From the NCBI GenBank assembly GCA_022601335.1, contig JAJACV010000053.1, positions 6,293 through 70,292 of the forward strand: a stretch of 64,000 nucleotides of DNA, written 5' to 3'. Every line of letters starts with the position of its first letter. Position 1 is the first letter of the stretch. The notes under the pieces are model-generated. The model worked only from the letters and a program-made list of their open reading frames with translations. It was not told the DNA's origin and did not search any database. This document shows positions 44,948 to 54,771 of the stretch, piece by piece. The DNA is from Chlamydiota bacterium (GTDB taxonomy: Bacteria > Chlamydiota > Chlamydiia > Chlamydiales > JAAZZY01). The translations under genes were made by a program, and so were the position numbers.

Positions 44948-46843
44948 ATGACTTCACCGCTTCAAAACTTTTTATCTCAAGTTGATTATAATGGTCGAAC
45001 ACGACTTCACCAAGCTGTTTTGCGAGGAGACGCAATTCAGGTTACTAAACTTCTTGAAGTAAACGCAGATGTCAATGCAAGAGATAATAACAGTCGAACA
45101 CCACTTCATTTAGCCGCTTTCGAGGGAAAGAAAAACATAGCTTTAAGACTTATTGATAGCAATGCAGATGTCTATGCAACAGATAATAAAGGTTATACAG
45201 CATACGACTTAGCTTTGCACGAAAATCGTAGATTTACACTTACAACATTAATTAACAAAATCGTAGATCTAAATCCAGAAAAACAAGAAGCTCTAACAGA
45301 GCATCAATTAGCTATGCGGGAGGAGGATGGTTATACAGCACTTCATAGAGCTGTTTTGAATAATAATAATACTGAAGTCCTAAAACTTATCGAAAGAAAC
45401 GCAAATGTCAATGCAAGAGATGGTAAAGGTCTAACACCACTTCACCATGCTATTCGCAAAAGCAACTCATTCATGATCTCGGTGCTCGCCACAGGATTAG
45501 GTGACGTTATCCCTGGACTCGATTTAAGCGATACCAACTTAGGCTCAAAAACAACCTTTGAATACAAAAAAACTAGTATTAAGGATTCGCTTGATTTAGC
45601 TATTAAGAAGCCAGGGGATCTAGAGTCAAATAAGAGTCCTAAAGCAAATCTATCCTTAAAAAATATAAGTGGAAACACTGTACTTCACTATGCTGCTTTT
45701 GCTGGAGATCTAAATCTGGTTAAATACTTCGTAAAACAAGAGCCAGACCTCATAAATATATTAAATAACTCTAAGCAATCAGCATGCGATTTAGCGCTAG
45801 GTAAAAGAAAACCTGAATACTTGGAAGTGGTTAAATTCCTCCAAAGCAAGGTAGTAGTAGAACCTAAGGAGGATGGTTATACAGCACTTCATAGAGTAGA
45901 ACCTAAGGAGGATGGTTATACAGCACTTCATAGAGCTGTTTTGAATAATAATAATACTGAAGTCCTAAAACTTATCGAAAGAAACGCAAATGTCAATGCA
46001 AGAGATATTAACGGTCGAACACCACTTCACCATGCTACTCGCAAAAGCAACTCATTCATGATCTCGGTGCTCGCCAAAGGATTAGGTGACGTTATCCCTG
46101 GACTCGATTTAAGCGGTACCAACTTAGGCTCAAAAACAACCCTTGAATACAAAAAAACTAGTATTAAGGATTCGCTTGATTTAGCTATTAAGAAGCCAGA
46201 GGATCTAGATAAAGTAGATCTATCCTTAAAAGATATACGTGGAAACACTGTACTTCACTATGCTGCTTTTGCTGGAGATCTAAATATGGTTAAATACTTC
46301 GTAAAACAAGAGCCAGACCTCATAAATATATTAAATAACTCTAAGCAATCAGCATGCGATTTAGCGCTACGTAAAACAGAACCTGAATACTTGAAAGTAG
46401 CTGAATTTCTCCTAAGCGAGGAACTAGAATCTGAAACGGAACTAGGTGATAAAGTAGAAGAATCTGAAACGGAACTAGGTGATAAAGTAGAAGAATCTGA
46501 AACGGAACTAGATGATAAAGTAGTAGAATCTGAAACGGAACTAGATGATAAAGTAGTAGAATCTGAAACGGAACTAGATGATAAAGTAGTAGAATCTGAA
46601 ACGGAACCCAGTCTCTACCTAAGAGCTAAATCTGTTATTACGCATCCGAGGGTAGTTATGCCTCTACTTACTACAATTACTTTAGCAACAGCAGCATTCT
46701 CTCTCTACTCGGAATGTGCTGATCATCCATGGGAGCAAGACCGTGATGATGGCATCTTTTCTAGACTCACAGGACAAACAGAGACAACATTTGAAGAATG
46801 TGTAGAAAAAACGGCTTCTTATTATCTTAGTAGGGTTTTGTAG
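44948..46843 (+). CDS. Ankyrin-repeat protein, expanded paralogue of 43049..44425 (internal segmental duplication, acidic repeats, TM helix, conserved tail)
   Basis: 631 aa with the same N-terminus pattern (LSQVDYNGRT.LH.A). The block EDGYTALHRAVLNNNNTEVLKLIERNANVNARD...KYFVKQEPDLINILNNSKQSACDLAL occurs twice. ESETELGDKVE repeats follow. The tail is nearly identical to the neighbour's. Confidence 0.9.
   Translation: MTSPLQNFLSQVDYNGRTRLHQAVLRGDAIQVTKLLEVNADVNARDNNSRTPLHLAAFEGKKNIALRLIDSNADVYATDNKGYTAYDLALHENRRFTLTTLINKIVDLNPEKQEALTEHQLAMREEDGYTALHRAVLNNNNTEVLKLIERNANVNARDGKGLTPLHHAIRKSNSFMISVLATGLGDVIPGLDLSDTNLGSKTTFEYKKTSIKDSLDLAIKKPGDLESNKSPKANLSLKNISGNTVLHYAAFAGDLNLVKYFVKQEPDLINILNNSKQSACDLALGKRKPEYLEVVKFLQSKVVVEPKEDGYTALHRVEPKEDGYTALHRAVLNNNNTEVLKLIERNANVNARDINGRTPLHHATRKSNSFMISVLAKGLGDVIPGLDLSGTNLGSKTTLEYKKTSIKDSLDLAIKKPEDLDKVDLSLKDIRGNTVLHYAAFAGDLNMVKYFVKQEPDLINILNNSKQSACDLALRKTEPEYLKVAEFLLSEELESETELGDKVEESETELGDKVEESETELDDKVVESETELDDKVVESETELDDKVVESETEPSLYLRAKSVITHPRVVMPLLTTITLATAAFSLYSECADHPWEQDRDDGIFSRLTGQTETTFEECVEKTASYYLSRVL
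45858..45935 (+). repeat. 39-bp tandem duplication at the junction of the internal segmental duplication
   Basis: tagaacctaaggaggatggttatacagcacttcatagag occurs twice back to back (45858-45896 and 45897-45935). It encodes VEPKEDGYTALHR twice. Confidence 0.9.
46427..46606 (+). repeat. In-frame 33-bp tandem repeat x5 plus a partial unit
   Basis: Units start at 46427, 46460, 46493, 46526 and 46559, with a partial unit at 46592-46606. They encode ESETELGDKVE x2 and ESETELDDKVV x3. Confidence 0.95.
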
Positions 46844-47145
46844 AATAACTAATTAACAATCAACTAATTTTAGAGATTGCTCTCTGTTTTTATTGAATAT
46901 AAAAAATTTGAATCATGGTTTTTAACGGTATCAAACTTTGAGAATGGAACTCATTTTTCATAATTCTTATAGGCAAAAGGTAGAGAATTCAGTGAAATTA
47001 TTTAAATTAACTCTCTTCTTCAATTAAGTTTTTAAGAGAAGTTAAAGCTATTGTTGTAGAGAAATGTCAGCGCTACCTAAAGCCTTCGTCTAAAAAACCT
47101 CCAGTATTGACTTTATACATTCCTAAAGAGTAATAGAAGTAAGAG

Positions 47146-48627
47146 TTGTTCTTTTGGAGAGATGTATTGCGCTTCGTATTCATTCTATTCACATTATTGA
47201 GTTTGATCTCATGCATGAAAATCTCTGACTTGAACCAAAACAAAGCTTTTATTCAGCCGTCGATCGTAAACCCCTTAATAGAAAGCGAATTATCTGAGCC
47301 TTATTTCAAAGTTGGTTCTTGGCCTACAAGCTCTTGGTGGAAAAGCTTTAATTCACAAGAGCTAAATACTTTTGTTGAAGAAGCTCTTGCTAGCAATCCA
47401 ACAATACTCTCTATTGAGCAAAAAGTGGAAGCGGCTCATCAAGTCGTAGAAGAATCCAAATCACCATTATTTCCGGCTGTTTTTTTTAATGCCAGTGAGG
47501 ATTGGGGGAAATTGAGTAAAAATGGAATCCCTTATCAATTCAATCCCTCTTTGGGGAGTATTTATAATTTAGTTGATCTCAATCTAAATTTTAAATACGA
47601 ATTTGATTTTTGGGGAAAGAATCGCAATGCGCTTAAAGCATCTGTTGGATTGGAAAAATCTCAGAGAGCCGAGTATAAACAAGTTGAGTTGATGATCACG
47701 ACTACTTTAGCTAAGGCTTATTTTGCTTTGAAAACCAACCTTCAAAGAAGAGAACTTTATATTGAGCTTAAAAATATACAGTTGAAAGTGTTAGAGCTTA
47801 ATAATTTGCTAGAGCGAGATGCTATGCGTTCTAAAATAGATCCTGCAACAGCTACCGAAGATTTAGAAAGTATAACTAAAGAAATTTTCGCTTTAGATAA
47901 TGAAATTAATCAAAATAAAACATTTATTAATATTCTTAAGGGAAGTGGACCTAGTGATGAGTTGAAAATAGATGAAAATTTAAATCCTGTTCCAAAAGCT
48001 TTTGCTTTACCTGTTCAGCTCTCTTCAGACTTAATTATCAGACGTCCTGATTTAGTAGCTTCTATCTGGAAAGTAGAATCACTTGTCTACGATGTCAATG
48101 TATCTGTGGCAGACTTTTTTCCAAGGGTAGATCTTTTGGGTTTTATAGGGCTTGAAAGTTTTCCTTTTAAATATCTCCTTGACTGGAAAAGTCGTCAAGG
48201 AAGATTGCAGCCCTCTATTCATATACCCATTTTTAAAGCAGGGGAGATAAGAGCGAAGTATAGAAAAAATAAGGCGAAATTAGAAGGGGCTATTTTTGAT
48301 TATAATGATCTTTTGTTAAAAAGTTTAAAAGAGGCTGCTGATAACATTGTCACGCTCTCTCAAACTTATAAACAAAAAAACTCCCAAAAAATTATTTTGA
48401 ATAGAGCTCAACTTAAATTAGATTTATATGAGCTTAGGTATGAGAGGGGAATAGATAGCTTGTTGACTGTATATAACGCTCAAGAAGAATTGATTCGAAA
48501 AAAGCTAGATGATCTTATGATCACCTACGAGCAATATGTTTCTATTGTTCAGCTTATTAAATCTTTAGGAGGAGGTTATTGCGAGACAGATCTAAAAGGC
48601 TTTTTTAAGGAGGACATCAATGGATGA
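47146..48627 (+). CDS. Outer-membrane efflux protein (TolC/NodT-family lipoprotein)
   Basis: 493 aa with lipobox LLSLISC and two OEP-type helical repeats (SNPTILSIEQKVEAA...; RRPDLVASIWKVESL...). The start is non-ATG. The TTG at 47167, after GGAGAG, is a plausible alternative to 47146. Confidence 0.8.
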   Translation: MFFWRDVLRFVFILFTLLSLISCMKISDLNQNKAFIQPSIVNPLIESELSEPYFKVGSWPTSSWWKSFNSQELNTFVEEALASNPTILSIEQKVEAAHQVVEESKSPLFPAVFFNASEDWGKLSKNGIPYQFNPSLGSIYNLVDLNLNFKYEFDFWGKNRNALKASVGLEKSQRAEYKQVELMITTTLAKAYFALKTNLQRRELYIELKNIQLKVLELNNLLERDAMRSKIDPATATEDLESITKEIFALDNEINQNKTFINILKGSGPSDELKIDENLNPVPKAFALPVQLSSDLIIRRPDLVASIWKVESLVYDVNVSVADFFPRVDLLGFIGLESFPFKYLLDWKSRQGRLQPSIHIPIFKAGEIRAKYRKNKAKLEGAIFDYNDLLLKSLKEAADNIVTLSQTYKQKNSQKIILNRAQLKLDLYELRYERGIDSLLTVYNAQEELIRKKLDDLMITYEQYVSIVQLIKSLGGGYCETDLKGFFKEDING

Positions 48628-49804
48628 TTCTTCTTTGAAAAAGAAAAGACTTCTTTTTACGTTTATTTTTTTTGGAATTATTGTCCTAGCAAGTCTTGTT
48701 ATTGGAGTTTTTTGGACAAGTCGCTGGCAATATACAAAAAAAACAAGTGATGCTTATGTTCAAGGGAATAAAGTTATTCTCACCCCTCTAGTGGATGGGT
48801 TTGTAACAGGAGTCTATACGGATGATACCTTTCTCGTTGAAAAAGGTCAGTTAATTGTGCAGCTCGACTCTGCGGATGCAGAACTTGCCTATAGGGACGC
48901 CCTACAAGAGTTTTCTAGAGCTGTTCGTGAAGTATGTGCTCTTTATCATAAAGTGTTTGCTTATGAATCAGAAATACAGGTTAAAGAGGCTGAGTGGATT
49001 AAGGCTCAAGAGTTTTACAACCATCGTCTTGAAGTTTTAAATCAGGGCGCTATTTCTTTAGAAAATTTCCAAACCTCGGAAGCTGATTTAGAAGAGTCTT
49101 TTTATGAGCTATCCAGAGCAGAAAGCAACTATCAAGAAGAAGTAGCTAAAATCATTGGCAAATCTATTCGCACCAATCCACTTGTGAAATCTGCTGAAGA
49201 TAAGCTTTCTCAAGCATGGATTAATTTGTATCGCTGTAAAATTTATGCCCCTGTCAGAGGCCTTGTGGCTCAAAGAGCCGTTCAAGTTGGGATGTGGATA
49301 GACTCTGGGACATCTCTTTTGAGTATTATTCCGCTCGATCAGATCTGGGTAAATATGAATTTTAAAGAAACTCAGATGAAACATATGAAAATCGGGCAAA
49401 AAGTTAAACTCAAAGCTGATATGTATGGAGGAGACGTTCAATATAAAGGGAAAATTGTAGGTCTTCCTGGAGGTGCTGGGAACGCATTCTCAATTCTGCC
49501 TCCCCAAAACCTTTCTGGAAATTGGATTAAAATAGTACAAAGACTGCCTGTTCGAGTAGAGCTTGATGAAGATGACCTGGCCGCCTATCCACTTAGAATA
49601 GGGATGACGATGCGAGCTCAGGTCAATGTGAAAAATCAATCTGGAAGTTACCTTCCAAGTTCATCAAAAGGAGCTCCTAGCTATTGCACTAATATTTATG
49701 AAAATGAAATCATGAAGAGTAAAAAGCAAATTGCCCGTATATTTTTAGACAACGCAGACCCTTCTTTAGAAGCCTACTTCTTCACTCCATTTCAACTTGA
49801 ATAG
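48620..49804 (+). CDS. HlyD/EmrA-type membrane fusion protein
   Basis: 394 aa with an N-terminal TM anchor, YVQGNKVILTPLVDGFV, a coiled-coil hairpin and IYAPVRGLVAQRAVQVG. The RBS is GGAGG. Overlaps the OMF gene by 8 nt. Confidence 0.85.
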   Translation: MDDSSLKKKRLLFTFIFFGIIVLASLVIGVFWTSRWQYTKKTSDAYVQGNKVILTPLVDGFVTGVYTDDTFLVEKGQLIVQLDSADAELAYRDALQEFSRAVREVCALYHKVFAYESEIQVKEAEWIKAQEFYNHRLEVLNQGAISLENFQTSEADLEESFYELSRAESNYQEEVAKIIGKSIRTNPLVKSAEDKLSQAWINLYRCKIYAPVRGLVAQRAVQVGMWIDSGTSLLSIIPLDQIWVNMNFKETQMKHMKIGQKVKLKADMYGGDVQYKGKIVGLPGGAGNAFSILPPQNLSGNWIKIVQRLPVRVELDEDDLAAYPLRIGMTMRAQVNVKNQSGSYLPSSSKGAPSYCTNIYENEIMKSKKQIARIFLDNADPSLEAYFFTPFQLE

Positions 49805-49980
49805 GCCTCGTAGTATTAACCTTTAAATCTAACGTATTTAACTGTCTAAAAAAGGCGAGTATATGCTAAGTTTTTTTTGATTTTTACTAAAGACGATGTT
49901 TTTTCTAGGTAAATCTCTCTTAAGAGAGTTCAATTGAGCTCAGCTTATTTTATTACATAGTTTGTTAATCATTTATTGGG

Positions 49981-50685
49981 ATGAGTTCTGGATTGTTATC
50001 TTCAGAAATAGAAGCCTTAGAGAAAATTCTCGGTTACACCTTTAAAGACAAGAGTTGTCTTCATACGGCGATCTGTCACATATCCTTTCAAAGTTATATT
50101 TCCAAAGATCAAAAAATTACAAATGAACGCTTAGAGTTTTTAGGAAACTCCATATTAAGTTTAATTATTGCCAATCGAGCTTTTGAAAAGCTTGTAAACT
50201 TAAAAGAGGGTGCTTTAAGACGTTTACGCACGAAGCTCATGAAAGACAGTGTTTGTTCGCAATACTTCAATCATTTAAAACTAGTTAGGTTCGTTAAAAT
50301 GGGTGTGAGTGAGCGCAAACACTTAGAAACCCTTGGTAATGACAAGGTCGCAGCTCATCTTATTAAGTCAATTTTAGCCGCAATCTATATTGATGGAGGA
50401 TTAGAGCCTGCTACCAAGTTTTTCAATGGCCGCTGTTTACCAGCTGCTAAAAGTGTTTTAAAAGATAGGCACCATTCAAATTGGAGACGTAAGCTTCAAG
50501 AGATTTGTCAAAAGAAGCATCAAAAGCAGCCCTCATTTGTTCTTTTAAATGAACAGGGGCCTGAGCATTCAAGAATTTATCAAATAGGGATTTTTATGAA
50601 TGATCATTTGATAGCAAAAGGAGAGGGGAAGACAAAGAAACTGGCAGCTAGTAAAGCCGCCTCAAAAGCTCTTGAGAAAATTTAA
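49981..50685 (+). CDS. rnc: Ribonuclease III
   Basis: 234 aa with signature NERLEFLGNSIL and a C-terminal dsRBD (GPEHSRIYQIGIF...GEGKTKKLAASKAA). Confidence 0.9.
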   Translation: MSSGLLSSEIEALEKILGYTFKDKSCLHTAICHISFQSYISKDQKITNERLEFLGNSILSLIIANRAFEKLVNLKEGALRRLRTKLMKDSVCSQYFNHLKLVRFVKMGVSERKHLETLGNDKVAAHLIKSILAAIYIDGGLEPATKFFNGRCLPAAKSVLKDRHHSNWRRKLQEICQKKHQKQPSFVLLNEQGPEHSRIYQIGIFMNDHLIAKGEGKTKKLAASKAASKALEKI

Positions 50686-50732
50686 TAGTTTAGTTAGATT
50701 ATTTTGAATGAAAAATAACAAGGAAGAGTGAC

Positions 50733-51176
50733 ATGACAGGAAAATCTCAGACGACATCATCTATACCGGTTAGTTTTACTGACTTTGACTTAACAATGCC
50801 CTACGATAGAAAAATAGCGGAGACTAAAAAGCACGAGCAAAGTGAAAATCCATGTGAAAGTTTAAGAAGAATGAATGCGCTTATTACAAATTTAGAAGTT
50901 ATGAAATCTGAGTATTATAGAAGGCCTTGTCCTGAGGGCTGGTGTTTTGGGTTGACGACACCACATAGGTCTAGACTTGAAAGAAGAATTTCAGCTTTTA
51001 GATCAGAAGTTAAAGTCTTTCACACTCCTAATTGTCAAGCATACTTGAGGGAAAAAGAAAGTGCTAATAAAGCAGAGCTAGAGCTTAAAAAGGAAGAGAT
51101 GTGGGTAGAGGCTGCAAAAGCATCAAAAGAAACTATTACACGACGCGGGTATTTTAAGAGTAGAAATGAGCCTTAA
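50733..51176 (+). CDS. Hypothetical protein
   Basis: 147-aa ORF, charged, with no recognisable domain. Confidence 0.4.
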   Translation: MTGKSQTTSSIPVSFTDFDLTMPYDRKIAETKKHEQSENPCESLRRMNALITNLEVMKSEYYRRPCPEGWCFGLTTPHRSRLERRISAFRSEVKVFHTPNCQAYLREKESANKAELELKKEEMWVEAAKASKETITRRGYFKSRNEP

Positions 51177-51227
51177 TCTTTAAAGAAATAAAATGGCAGT
51201 ATCACGATTTTAACCATTTAGGCTCTT

Positions 51228-51848
51228 ATGCAAACCAAAATCTTTTTAACACTCCTTTTGTTGCCTTGTATTTTGATTTCCGAAACTTCTAGGGAAGGTA
51301 TTGACAAGCTTATTGCAGGAAATCTGCGTTTTCAAAAAGATCAAATGATTTGTCAGAACCAAAATGAAAATAGACGGGCTGAGCTGATTGATAATCAATC
51401 TCCGTTCGCTGTTATTGTTGCTTGCTCAGACTCGCGGGTAGCGCCTGAGATAATCTTTGACCAAGGGATAGGAGATCTATTTGTTATTAGAGTGGCAGGA
51501 AACGTTATTGGACCTTTCGAAATGGAAAGTATCGAATATGCAGTTAAGGAGTTAGGTTCTTCTTGTATTCTTGTTATAGGACATAAGAACTGTGGCGCTG
51601 TCAATGCTGTGGTTCAAAACAAAGTAGAAGGCATTCCTTTTATTGCTGAGATGATTAAGCCTTCGGTCTCTAAGGCTAAAATCTCAAAGGCAAAGGATCT
51701 TCTGAAAGATTCAATAGAGTTTAATGCTGAAAAAATGAGCGAACTTATTCAACAGTCTCACCTTATTAAACAATTCACCTCTCAAAATAAAGTTCATGTC
51801 TATGCTGGATATTACGACTTTCAAACAGGTCATGTAAGCATACTTTAG
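51228..51848 (+). CDS. Beta-class carbonic anhydrase with signal peptide
   Basis: 206 aa. Signal MQTKIFLTLLLLPCILIS; zinc ligand motifs CSDSRV and GHKNCGAV. Confidence 0.85.
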   Translation: MQTKIFLTLLLLPCILISETSREGIDKLIAGNLRFQKDQMICQNQNENRRAELIDNQSPFAVIVACSDSRVAPEIIFDQGIGDLFVIRVAGNVIGPFEMESIEYAVKELGSSCILVIGHKNCGAVNAVVQNKVEGIPFIAEMIKPSVSKAKISKAKDLLKDSIEFNAEKMSELIQQSHLIKQFTSQNKVHVYAGYYDFQTGHVSIL

Positions 51849-51976
51849 TTTTTTTTCTGCCTAAGTCAACAACTGATCAAAGCGTGAGTGTTTTTATGAA
51901 AATCGACTATCTTTATATAAACTTAATAAATATTTTCTATAACTGAGGTCTGATTAATCCAAAATGGAAACTTTTT

Positions 51977-52579
51977 ATGAAGTTAATTTCCACAGAGAAT
52001 AACTTATCTGCAAGCATCGGTTTGAAAAATCAACAAATAAACTCTAAAAACCCCTGCGAACAAAAAGAAAATAAGTACAGTGTTAGCCTGATTTGCGTTT
52101 CTGACCTGCTGACTGCAATGACTATTAATTATTTTAAAGCAGAAAACAGCCAAAGCATACTATCTACCTATATTTCCCCAATTGTAGCTAACGCAGCAGG
52201 TACTCTTGTAACAAATATTTTTTTAAGATTTTGCTTTGAACAATTTAGGGGAGAGAATCGCCTGCCAGTTCCTGATATTATTAATAGAACAAGTAAAGTA
52301 TTTGTGATGTACAGTCAATTGAAACTATCTTTAATGGCAGCTCACTATACTTCAGATTATTTGATAACCATGACATCAACATCACAGACCTTTTATTCCT
52401 TAGCTCCAGGTGCTATTTGCAGTTTAATATATTTACATTTAGGAATGCTTTCAGCGGCTTTTGCAGCTTTAGATGTCATACATGAGAAGACTGGTTTTTT
52501 CAATTATATTCATGATAAAATTGACTACATAACCGGTACCACTGTTTCGGCACTAGGAGCCCAAGAATCATCTACGTAA
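51977..52579 (+). CDS. Hypothetical membrane protein
   Basis: 200-aa ORF with several hydrophobic segments and no recognisable domain. Confidence 0.4.
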   Translation: MKLISTENNLSASIGLKNQQINSKNPCEQKENKYSVSLICVSDLLTAMTINYFKAENSQSILSTYISPIVANAAGTLVTNIFLRFCFEQFRGENRLPVPDIINRTSKVFVMYSQLKLSLMAAHYTSDYLITMTSTSQTFYSLAPGAICSLIYLHLGMLSAAFAALDVIHEKTGFFNYIHDKIDYITGTTVSALGAQESST

Positions 52580-52897
52580 AACGTAACTGGCGTGAGTATA
52601 TCAAAAAAACCAATAAATCACAGCATTTCTAGTCACTGATTAAAAGGCTTCAGAAAGTGCTGCATTTACTTTTCTCATTGAAAAAAGTCGAAAGTCTGTT
52701 AAGAACAATTTTAGCAAATGAACACCTTTATGCCGAAAAGAAAACTTTATCCGTGAGAGTAGAAGGATGCAAGTAGCTTGAGGCTTCTTTTTTGCTAGTA
52801 AAATTTAAGCTTTGATTTCCCTCTGTTTTTTTAGTTGAATTTTTCTGAAAATCTGATGATAGTATGGCATAATTTCAAAATTTAGCTAGAGGTTTTT

Positions 52898-53668
52898 ATG
52901 CGCTTCAACGGTAAAAAAGTCGTTGTGACTGGTGGTAATAGCGGAATTGGAAAAGAAAGTGCAAAACAATTCATTAAAGAAGGTGCTTTAGTTGCTATCA
53001 TAGGCCGTAACGAAAAGAGACTAGAGCAAACTAAAAATGAATTGGGTGAACAATGCATCGCTTATCAAGCTGATGTTTCTCAGGTATCTGAACTGGAAGA
53101 TGTCTTTAAAAATATAAGTGAAGATCTTGGAACCGTAGATATTTTAGTATTAAATGCAGGTGTTTCTGAGCATCTTGAAACCTCACAAATGACAGAGTCT
53201 GTATTTGATCGCATGATGGATATTAATATTAAAGGCCCCTACTTTACGGTTCAAAAAGCTCTGCCATTTCTAAATACAGGAGCTTCAATTGTTGCAGTCT
53301 CTTCTATTTCATCTCGTCTTGGAATTAAGCATATGGGTGTTTATGCAGCCTCAAAATCAGCTCTCGAGACTCTTATAAGAGCATTCAGTGCTGAATTTAT
53401 TGATAAACAAATGAGATTTAACATAATCTCTCCTGGATACACAGAAACACCTATATTTTCTAAAGCGCTTGATCAAGACCCTCATTTTTTTGAAAACGCT
53501 TCTAAAACAATACCTATGAAAAGAATGGCTCAGCCTATTGAAATTACGCACAGTATCCTCTTTTTAGCTTCAGATAAAGCTAAATACATTACAGGAGCCA
53601 ATCTAGTTGTTGATGGAGGATTTAGTTCCATTTTTCCACTCGACGTGATCCAAGAGGCATTCAAATGA
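52898..53668 (+). CDS. Short-chain dehydrogenase/reductase (SDR)
   Basis: 256 aa. Contains TGGNSGIG, NAG and the catalytic YAASK. Confidence 0.9.
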   Translation: MRFNGKKVVVTGGNSGIGKESAKQFIKEGALVAIIGRNEKRLEQTKNELGEQCIAYQADVSQVSELEDVFKNISEDLGTVDILVLNAGVSEHLETSQMTESVFDRMMDINIKGPYFTVQKALPFLNTGASIVAVSSISSRLGIKHMGVYAASKSALETLIRAFSAEFIDKQMRFNIISPGYTETPIFSKALDQDPHFFENASKTIPMKRMAQPIEITHSILFLASDKAKYITGANLVVDGGFSSIFPLDVIQEAFK

Positions 53669-53757
53669 GCCACTTAATCGGTAATCGAGTTTTTCAGTGA
53701 TTACACGCTCTTGAGTTTAATAGAGGCTTTTAAGTATCTTCTACTCTTACTTTAATT

Positions 53758-54771
53758 ATGAGTCTAAATATGAAAGATAAAGAAAAGGTTCCGATCGGAT
53801 TATTGGGAGCTACAGGAGTTGTGGGGCAAATGGCCATAGCTTTAGTTGAGGAGCATCCCCAGTTTTATATTTCAGAGATCTCAGCAAGTTCAGCTCGAGT
53901 TGGAAAAACCTATAAAGATGCTGCGACTTGGCTTTTAAAGGGTAAAATGCCCCTAGGTGTTGAAAACCTTTTGTTTAAAACACCAGAAGAGTTTACTTCT
54001 ACCTATATTCTATCAGCACTTCCTTCAAGAGTAGCGGGAGACATTGAGTATAAACTCGCTCAAAAAGGGCATTATGTTTTTTCCAATGCCTCTGCTTTTA
54101 GAATGGATCCCAAAGTTCCAATTTTAATCCCAGAAGTGAATGAATCTCACTTAGGCCTGCTGGACTCACAACCCACTTCTGGAAAAATTATAACTAATTC
54201 AAATTGCGTAGCCGTTTTTGTCTGTTTAGCGCTTAAACCTCTTTTAAAGTTAGGCACTATAAAACAAGTTAGTGTTGTGACATTGCAAGCTATTAGTGGA
54301 GCGGGATATCCTGGGATGAGTGGTTTTGATATTCAAGGAAATATAGTTCCTTTCATACCAGAGGAAGAGAATAAAATTAGAGAAGAGACGCTTAAAATTT
54401 TAGGATCAAAAAACACACCGGCTTCTTTTGATATCTGCGCTCAAGTTCACAGAGTACCTGTTCTTCATGGACATACTATTTCATTGCATATTCATTTTGA
54501 CAATGAAGTGGATAGAGAACAGGCTATTTGCTCTTACCACAATAACAAAAAGCTTTATAAAGTGCATACTCAGCAAGAGCGTCCACAACCTGCAAAGGAT
54601 ATAGAAGAATACGACTATAAAGCACATATAGGTCAAATAAAGCAGGGAACGAATAAAAAAATACTAAATTTAGTCGTCATGGGACATAACTTAGTAAGAG
54701 GCGCCTCAGGCGCCTCTTTATTGAATATGGAAGCTTTTATGCAAAGAACAAAACGGATGGTTTTTGCATGA
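53758..54771 (+). CDS. asd: Aspartate-semialdehyde dehydrogenase
   Basis: 337 aa. Contains LLGATGVVGQ, the active-site region NSNCVAV, and SGAG. First gene of the dap cluster. Confidence 0.85.
   Translation: MSLNMKDKEKVPIGLLGATGVVGQMAIALVEEHPQFYISEISASSARVGKTYKDAATWLLKGKMPLGVENLLFKTPEEFTSTYILSALPSRVAGDIEYKLAQKGHYVFSNASAFRMDPKVPILIPEVNESHLGLLDSQPTSGKIITNSNCVAVFVCLALKPLLKLGTIKQVSVVTLQAISGAGYPGMSGFDIQGNIVPFIPEEENKIREETLKILGSKNTPASFDICAQVHRVPVLHGHTISLHIHFDNEVDREQAICSYHNNKKLYKVHTQQERPQPAKDIEEYDYKAHIGQIKQGTNKKILNLVVMGHNLVRGASGASLLNMEAFMQRTKRMVFA

Noticed and set aside
46844-47145. Possible promoter or hairpin signals in the 300-nt spacer before the efflux operon (TTGACT near 47108; imperfect hairpin around 47010-47050).
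   Set aside because: The -10 candidates at proper spacing are poor and the hairpin is interrupted. This is not strong enough to annotate.
49915-49928. Perfect 14-nt palindrome CTCTCTTAAGAGAG upstream of rnc, as a possible RNase III autoregulatory stem.
   Set aside because: As RNA it can form only about a 5-bp stem with a 4-nt loop. That is far shorter than RNase III substrates, and it could be a chance palindrome.
53669-53757. Lysine (L-box) riboswitch ahead of the asd-dap operon.
   Set aside because: The leader is only 89 nt, too short for the ~180-nt L-box, and no conserved helices are evident.
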